Assembly (NCBI GenBank): GCA_030141605.1
Contig: JAQGDQ010000616.1
Span: 1 to 64,000, forward strand
From: Tubiluchus corallicola
Lineage: Eukaryota > Animalia > Priapulida
Direction of reading: 5' to 3'
DNA length: 64,000 nt
Position numbers and translations under genes: made by a program. The notes under the pieces were generated by a model. That model had not been told where the DNA came from. It saw only the letters and a list, made by a program, of their open reading frames with translations, and did no database searches. Below are positions 52,101 to 61,100 of this stretch, one piece after another (positions within the stretch are counted from its first letter, which is position 1; every line of letters begins with the position of its first letter).

Positions 52101-55100
52101 GACACATTGGGAACATGGTCATGGAAATTTCACGTATGGAAATTACTTAACAGTTAATTTGATTCAAGAAAACACACAGACTGTAAGACAGTCACTGAAC
52201 TAGATATACTGAATTACTTATTTTTTTAATATGAGTTATATGAACTTTTATCGTATCTTTGCCTTTCTTGGTTTCTGGTGCAACTGACCTAGAGTTTTGA
52301 AGTCATTCCAAGTCTGTACAATGTCCATTATACACCATATACTGTTTCCCGGGGTGTTTTCTGCTTCCCATATTACATTATTTGTAGTATTCAATCTTTC
52401 AGCAGTATACTGCATTCAAAATTATTTGTTAAATTTAAGTTTGTTTTTGATGATGTTATCATGTCATCTGACACTGGCTGTTATTTTTGCTCAATTTTAG
52501 GCTTGTTATAGTTTATGTTAGTATGTGGCTTGTAAGGGGTGATGCTATAGGGTTTTACAATGTTCATTCATTTAAGCTCGGAAGATGAAGGAATAAAAGT
52601 TGTAGAGAAGCAACCAAAATCCAAACATCACATTTTTGAAATGATGACTCAGATTTAACTGGGTGGTATAGCTCAATTGTAGCGTGCTTGTTTCCCACAC
52701 AGGAGTTTGATGGTTCAACTCCCAACCAAGTCATGCTAAAAACTTAAAAAATTGTACCGCTGGTTCTTTGACCAAGCACGGGGGTTTATGTAAATAAACA
52801 CAGGTAATAATAATAGGGACCACCTAGGACTTAAAGTCCACATTAAACATTCCCGCAATTCCTGTGGGCCAGATGCAGTTTGGTCAAGGAGCCAAGTACA
52901 GTAGGACCTAATAATGATTTTTTGCATCCGATTTGCGCACATCATTACTACTGCACTACTACACTCAAGAAACTATTTTAGAAGTTATTAAAATTTATAT
53001 TAAAAACCATATATTTCGTCATGTCCGACAGTGACATTAAGTGATAACGGTCTTGTAAGGGTTAATGCTATCCGATTTAGAGGAAAAAACTACCAGCACT
53101 ATCTTCGCGATATTGGCAGCACTTTCATTACGTTGACAAACCTCTTCGCCGCACAAGATCTCTCGGCGGGCCGCAGTTTGCACACCCCTGATGTAGAGTG
53201 TTATTTCTGGACTATGTCCGAAACAAAATTATTATTATGTAGATTGAAGTAACAAAGAAGTCCATTTTGCAAAAATATTTTTGTTGTTCTTGCTTATTTA
53301 CTCTTGGATACAGTTTTCTTCTGTTTGACATTTTCCAGTAATTTGCTAAACTGTTAATTGCTCCTTCAGGATCCTTCACCACGCAGGCAATCCATTATCA
53401 GCAGTGAGAAGCCACAACCAATCTCATCAGAGACCAACCATACCCAGTGCCCTAGATGTGCATGGAAGTTTGTTGTGCAACGACCCCGAGCAGCTAGCAT
53501 GCCCGCCTCCTTTCAACCAATCTATCAACTGCCTTCCACGTCGGCAAAATTCAAAGTGCCATCGCCAGTGATGAGCGAAGCGGAGGAGGAGGAAGAAGAA
53601 GAGGAGGAGAGCGACATTGGGGCAGTACCGGCTCTGACGCTGAGGCAGGATATTCAGATTTACACCAATAAACAAGTATCAGTAAAGAAGAGACAAGTGA
53701 ATTACGGACGTAAACAACAATAACGATATCAAGCAAGACCAGATTCAGCCGTTTCTAAAACAATCAGTTCAGGTGTCCTTAGAGAAGAGCAGTCGGGGTG
53801 CCGGTCATGGCCCGTGACCTTCAGGAGGTCCCAAGTGCTGTACAGTTACAAATAACGATATTGTAGTAAAAATTACAAAATGATGTAGTCATTCAGAAAT
53901 GGTTGTTTACAGCAGGGATGTTACCGAAACTAAAATTACAAACTGAAGCTGAAATTTAGGAAACATAGGAAACCGATACCGAACCGAAATTATTTTTGCA
54001 AAACCAACTACTATCAAAACTGAAAAAAATTCTGAAATAAATAAAATACTTTGTTTTTGCTTCTTCGCTTATACGTTGCTTTGACACAAGTTTGATGATA
54101 CAATCTTAACCAAATGAAATCGAACAATGTTTACGGTTAAAGATTACTTCAGAAAGATGCTTCAGAAAAATCGACAAATTTTATTTTGTAAATCTCTTGT
54201 TGTGCCTATTTCACACGCTATCAAATTTAACTTGCTTTTATTCAAATTACACTTTGATATTTCGGTTGATTGTGCCTGGAAACCTTAAAGCTTGACAGTC
54301 GTCAGCAATGAAGATATGCCGCATTGCCGTTAAAAACGTGCTACAAATGGCACAAACAAATATATATATATATATATACGATATTTGCGCTATATTTGAA
54401 CTATGTTAGCCAAGATTTTTCAGCGATTTTTAACATCTAGGAACGAAAAGGTAAGCTGAATAACTACTACTAAAACCTCGGAAAAATGGTACTGAAAAGT
54501 ATCGAAACTTTCAGCCACGAAACTTAATAATATTTGACGAAAATGAAACTGAACCCAAAGCGCAATTATTGGCATCCACGAATGAATATAGCTGCACTTT
54601 TCATGCTTGTTTCAAAATGTTACTAAACGTATCAATAACAAACAAAAGTTTTATCGACGCCATTTGTGTCATTGTATATGAAAACATTTTTACGAGGAAG
54701 GCTTCAAAGAAATTGCCGTAATAACTTTTGGGTTATTACAGGGGTGTTTGAAGCCAATTTTGTCCTCTTCGTAAGATGTGCAAAGAGAAAATTTCAATGA
54801 CAAGAACAGTGGCGGCTCGTGTATAGATGCTGTGTTACCACAGCACCCCCTGTTTTCACTCATTATTATCGATAATATTCAATATAAGTTATTTCCTTTA
54901 GTTATTTCTTTATACTTGTGCGGAACAGGAGCACGTGAGGGTAATAATGCTTACTTCACAACACAAGCACAAGAACAACAGGGTGCTCACTGCCCCAGCA
55001 GGGTAGTGTTTGGCTGTTGTGCACATGTCTGAGATAAACACTGGGCTAGCGTCTGCTGCTAGATAGAGAAAGTACTGTTGCCCACACAGTTTCCGTGCTT

Positions 55101-58100
55101 TCCGTGTACCATCATATTCTTGGATGTGATCAAGTGTAGACTTAGCATGTGTGCTTAAAGCATACATATTTTAATCATGGACGCTTTGCATCCCCAAGAA
55201 ATAAGTTCTGTGATTGTAAGTGAACTACAATAGCTTCATTAGTAGCTTTAATTCTAAATGGTACCAATGGAAAAATTAGCTTTGTGGCTGTGAAGTAAAT
55301 ACATTGTTTTGCTCCATTGTTTAGGATTTTATCAAGTTTATGTATAAATTTTCATATCTTTGTTTGTTTAAAATTACGATTACAAATTACAAGTTTATAA
55401 AATTACATAATTATGTCAGTTTCATTCTGCACAGTATTCTAACAATGGTTAAAAATTTACTGCGGCGAGTTTAGTAGCATGCTGCTTGTCATCTTAATGC
55501 ATTTAATTGAGAAAAAATCCGCCAAATTCAATAACAAGAATTTTATGATGAAATAAAAACTTTCATCAGCAAAATTAGAGCTTTAAAATTATGGTGTATA
55601 AAACACTTTTGTTGGCTTTAAATATCTTAATAAATATTGCTGTATTTCTTACACACAAAATAATCATTTAACAACTGAGAAATCAGTATTATTACTTCTC
55701 GAAAGATTTGGACTTTTTAGGTAAATTCTGTCTTCTTGAATAAAGACATTAACACTTACAGCAGAATGCAAATAAAGATTGCTGGTTGGTGTGAGGATCG
55801 AGTTCGTTCGAGTTTGAACGTTGGAATTCAATTCGAACAATTTTTTTCAGTTCAATGTAAATTCGAACCTAAAATTATAGCTTCGAATAATTCAGCATTT
55901 ACATACGTTTTTTATCATTAAAACGTTGAAACGTCACACAATTTAGCTGCAATTTCTGTGCACAATTTTTAAAAACAACTTATTAGTATTTTCACTATAA
56001 AACAAAATTCAGCTATATGCATGACCTTTGTGAGATCGCTTTTTGTTAGTGATTCGAATTCTCAAAAATTCGGTTAGATAAAAGTCACAAGTTCGATTCG
56101 ATTGTAATTTATTTTCTGGTAGAGAATACTGACACCCGATTGCCAGCAATCATATAAGCTGACTTACCTCGTGACATCCATAGAACCAGCCCCTGATTTG
56201 AAGAAGTCCGTGGAACCCTCAACAGTGGTTTTCAAAATGGCTTCCCAAACAATCTGCGTAAATAAAATAAAGCTGTATTACAGCATCAGTAAGTGTTTAT
56301 AACAACAACATCAATTCTATACTTCCCATACTTCTGTTATAATTATATGCCTTGCATTGACAACAGAATAGCTGAGTTGGCCGTGCATGGCTTCGAACAC
56401 AATAGCAAACATAAGATCCATGAGGCAGAACATTAGGAATTTTTACTGCCATATAAGTTGCATTACTTTCACATTGCTAGCCATTTGTAATTCATCCTCC
56501 GTGAAGATGAGTGCCTCCTCCTCTTGGTCCTGCCCAAATTTGTGAGCTTTTACCATCTTTCCATCTTCAAGCTCCAAACTTCTAATGTTCACCTGCAAAT
56601 GTTAATCAAATAATCAGCATGTGTCCAAACTTCTGATGTTCACCTGGAAATGTTAATCAAATAATCAGCATGTGTACATAAATTAACCCTGCAAGACACT
56701 TGCTGTCAAACTTCACTGTTTATGTCTTTATAAACTTGCACATTTTGCTCAGATTGGCATTGAAACATTTCAAATTTAGCGCTGTATAAACATCTTGCAA
56801 AAAAAGAAAAATGAAACAAGTGACATCCCGCGACATTGTGCATGTGCGACTGTTGCTGTACTTAGTTCTAATTACACGTGGGTATGATAGTCGTTTCTTT
56901 CTTGCATTAAAGTTGCTCAATTTCATTTAATTTTGGTTCGTTCTTTTTCTAAATGTTTAAATGTGACTTTAACTATAATGTAATTTTTTATATGATTCTC
57001 ATACTGGAAGCTGGAATTGGTGTCATTCAGCATTAAACAGCAGTGCATACTCAAACTTAATGTCTTATCAAGGATATCCCTCTAAGATGAGCCACTGAAC
57101 CAGCCGAGGTGTTTCAGCCATGTTTCAATGTGAATACATCTTTCCTCTACAAGCTAAATCAGTATGACACTTGAAATTACATACAGCAAGTGTCAAAACC
57201 AGCTGGCCATGCTTTGTAATAACTCAGCCATAATCCCACCACAAAGTTGTTTTAACTTAATTCTAAATAATAGCGTGCTGGAATCTTGACATTTCCTAGA
57301 CTTTCTGCATTTTCAAATGAACTAAATGATGATGATGATGATGATGATGATGATAATAACAATAATAATTACTATCATCTTATACTTAGTTCAATTGAAA
57401 ATGTAGAAAAAATCTAGGGAACATCATGATTCAAATAAATCATTCTTGAAGCAACATGCCATGGTACATTGATGAATTAATTTTAAACTGCTGTTTAAAC
57501 TGATTTTTAAACAAGCTGCTTAAATGCAGCCATAATTGTTTTAAATTCAATTCAACATCAAGAATCAGTTTTCACATATTGTAATCTCTGATACTGTGAA
57601 ACATAGAAACAACACATTTTGGTAAAGTTTAGTTTCTCGTACCACCCCACCGTCGTTTCCAAAGAGCAACATTCCCTCATCGTGCACCAAAGCCGGACGA
57701 CCCATTCCGGGAATCTCTACCTCTCTGGCTCTACGAGGTAACGGCCGCCTCCACATGGTGGACCCGTAGAACGTCACCATCTAGAAGCAACGATTTCAGT
57801 TATGCAGCCAATTATTACAACAATCGCACGATTTCAGTTATGCAGCCAATTTTACAAGGGGAGTATCATGACATTCTTGAGGTAGCACCAACTTTGAAAT
57901 CTTAGTCAGTTCAGATAACTGCAGTCAACATCTTTATAGGAAACATACGTTCAAACTCTGGCAGCATGAGAAATTTACAATCGCGCATTCAGCCAGGGCC
58001 AAATTATGGTCTTATGGAGGCCCCCTCAGACTGGGCCATCCCTAACTTAGCCACACCTGGCTTGAATATTTTTACTAGTAATATGCTTTAGCGACATTTC

Positions 58101-61100
58101 TTTTGCTTAAAGTAAACTTTAAATAAACAAGAATAGCTATCTTTTGTTTGTCAATAAAAACATTCTTTGAGAAATATCACCATTTTACAATTTATTGCAA
58201 ACCAAATCAGCACGTATTTCAACGCAGCTGTAATCAGAAAACAGATTTTTTAATAACCACTAGATAGCAGCTGTAATAAGAAAACAGAAAAGAAATTAAT
58301 ATGAGTTTGTGATATTGATATCTTTTAACAGAGCCCTGTTAATCTATAATCCAGCCCTGGAGATAACACTTATCTCACTAGTATTTGCAGAATCATCTTA
58401 ACTCTGGCTAAAATTTTCTAATTCTAGGATACAATTGTGTGCCTCTTGACCCATAAAACTAGGATCATGTTGACATTTTCTTATGCTTTTTAACAGTTTT
58501 GTCTTGATATATAAAACCCAGCATTTGCCCAGCTTTTGCATTTAAATTACATATAATGTATTTAGCTGAAACTGAAAAAACAAATAAACTAAGATATAGC
58601 TAAACAATTTAAGATAAAACTACTGACAAATTCTTTGCATTCTCAATAATGTCACTATACAAAAACAAACAAAATTACTAGTTAGACTGATAAATATCAG
58701 AACCATATTATTAAGTGGAAAAATGTTCATATAATAAAAAAAACACTGATTATAGTCGCATTAAAATGTTAATGTAAAAGTGAAGTGTTTTTCTGATATT
58801 TTAAACCTCATACATAACAGATTAAAGAAAGACTAAATTTACAAAACGTAAAATGAAGGTTTTTCTGATGCGCTGGTGAACAAAGAACTTGAGCATTTAA
58901 TATTAATTTTATGTCATGAATATGTTTAGATCACTAATCCTAAAATTCTAAAGCATTAATCACTGTATTGCCTATGATATAGTATCATAACTAATAAAGA
59001 GTTAAAGAAGCAACTACCATAAGCTCACTCATTTTAACTTTCAAGTCACATTATATCACACTCAAGAAACAGCCTACAAGAAATAACATCATGCGATTTG
59101 CTGGGCCGAGTATTTATCTGCAGCAATCCTTTTAGCAAATGGAACTACTTGTCTAAGCAATCAGCTTCATCCCCCAACAGCAATTAAGGGTATTAAACTA
59201 TCTATTTATTGCAGTGCTCTGGACAAGCATTGTTACATTAAGTGTCAGATAATCTGAAAACACTAAACTCAAGTTTCAGCATCATCAACCCAAATCATAA
59301 TATTAATCTAAGCAAAACGTTTAGTTAAAAAACCCTGTCTAGCAGTTGAAGTGGCACACCAAAAAGGCAGCTATGCAATATTAGGCAATAACTACAAAAA
59401 CCAGTCTTATTTCAATACTGGCTTCACCTACCTTGAATCTAGATGAGACTACTAGTCACTTACTAGTCAGACCATTGATTATCATCTATTCGTTCTCTTT
59501 CTAGAACACATTAAGCTAAAGTAAACTTTACTCATAACATGGGGTCGCCCAGAAAAACCGTCGCCCAGACCAACTCATTGCATTCATTTGGGTAGAGGCA
59601 GTTGTAACAGAGTCTCATCTCATTTTGTAACCTAGTTTCACCTCTTTTCAAAGAGTTATAATCTGTAAGGTCCTGTGACAAACACATAAGATAGGTTCGG
59701 CATTAATTATAATACCAAAATTTTAATAGATTTCATTATTTTTACAGTAAATTTATTCACAATTTTTATCTTCTTGATCTCCCAGAAGGTTAGTGTTTGT
59801 CATATAAGTGTTTATGTAAAATTTGTAATATAAAAGTTAATGTGTATTTAACTGTTCATAACTGGAGGAGCATCATGAACTGTACAATCCTACCTGAAAC
59901 TTTGTATCTTTTAAATTTCGTTGTTTACAGCTATAAAATTTTTAATAGTATATTCCTTCTCTAAAAAGCACCACTAGGATGTTTATTTTTACACTGTTCA
60001 AAGAACGACAGATTAAAAATGACTATTTTTTGCTCATTGCTAGAAAACTACATAGAAAAAACATCCTGGAAGGATTTGATGGCACCTTGGAAGGAAAAAA
60101 AGCAAATTGTTTTGTTCAGGCTTTAGAAATTGCTAAATTTGGAAAAGGAAATACGATTAAAATTTAACAAAAGTGAATTATGGCCAGTGTTAATTAGAGC
60201 AATTAAGACCATTTCACACAAATGACTTGCAGCATTATTGTTTCAGAACAAAAATTCTCTGCTGCATTCAACATGAAAATGAAAGAAATTATAGCTGGTG
60301 CATTCCACTTAGATAGATGCTATGCAATGCATTGACATAAGCGTCCTTTTCACGAGAAACTGGACCTAGTTACCACTTTCAAAGGAGGAGAACACGGCTA
60401 TACCCTGATGCTGGTCTGTTTTAAACACCTCTCCACAAGAATGGAAAACTGAGAGTTCAACTGAGGAACGTCTTTTCTGGACAACTATTGCACTTATTAG
60501 TGTATTTTTGTTCTTAGTACCAAAGATTCGCGTTACTTACCTTTCCATCAATTCTACTCCAAGCTCCCGGGTAATGATCGCAACCTCTTATCCAGTTATG
60601 CAGAACTTTGGCTGATTTATTCCAGTCTTTGATCTGTAACACACCACAAATGTTTTGTCACTGCAAAATATATTATACACTGCATTTGTTTATTTTGGAG
60701 CAAAGTGAACGGACGAGTGGTTACAGTAGGAACATTGTGGGTAATGAAACCACTGCTAATTCAAAAATATTTATTTATACCATTAATTCGTACTCTTATA
60801 CGGTACAACAATTACACAAAAAATAACACATGATAAGAATTACAATATAAATTTGTTCAAGCTGTACAGTAAAGGAAATAAAGGTTTGGTAATTTGTTAA
60901 AGCAAAGTAAAAAGATAGTAAAAAGAAAACCGTAGTAGTATATTAGCCTTATCTGAATTAGCATAGCTGCCAAGAAAGCAGAAAGTTTTGGGTTCGATTC
61001 CTAAAAGAAGCATACAATTTCTTTCTAATTTAGTATTGTTTAACACGTGTCTATTGGACTGCACTGTTAAATATACAGAAGAAATGTTACCTCTCCAGTT

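Noticed and set aside
52068-52133. Optional 66-nt phase-0 iGluR tail exon (tttgcag|[22 protein letters not shown]|gtatgg)
   Set aside because: Splice sites and frame are compatible but there is no homology or other support; left out of the model pending RNA-seq.
53081-53192. GC-richer stretch that might be another iGluR exon
   Set aside because: The phase-0 frame hits a stop, and the end gcgggccgcagtttgcacacccctg looks like a hAT transposon terminus.
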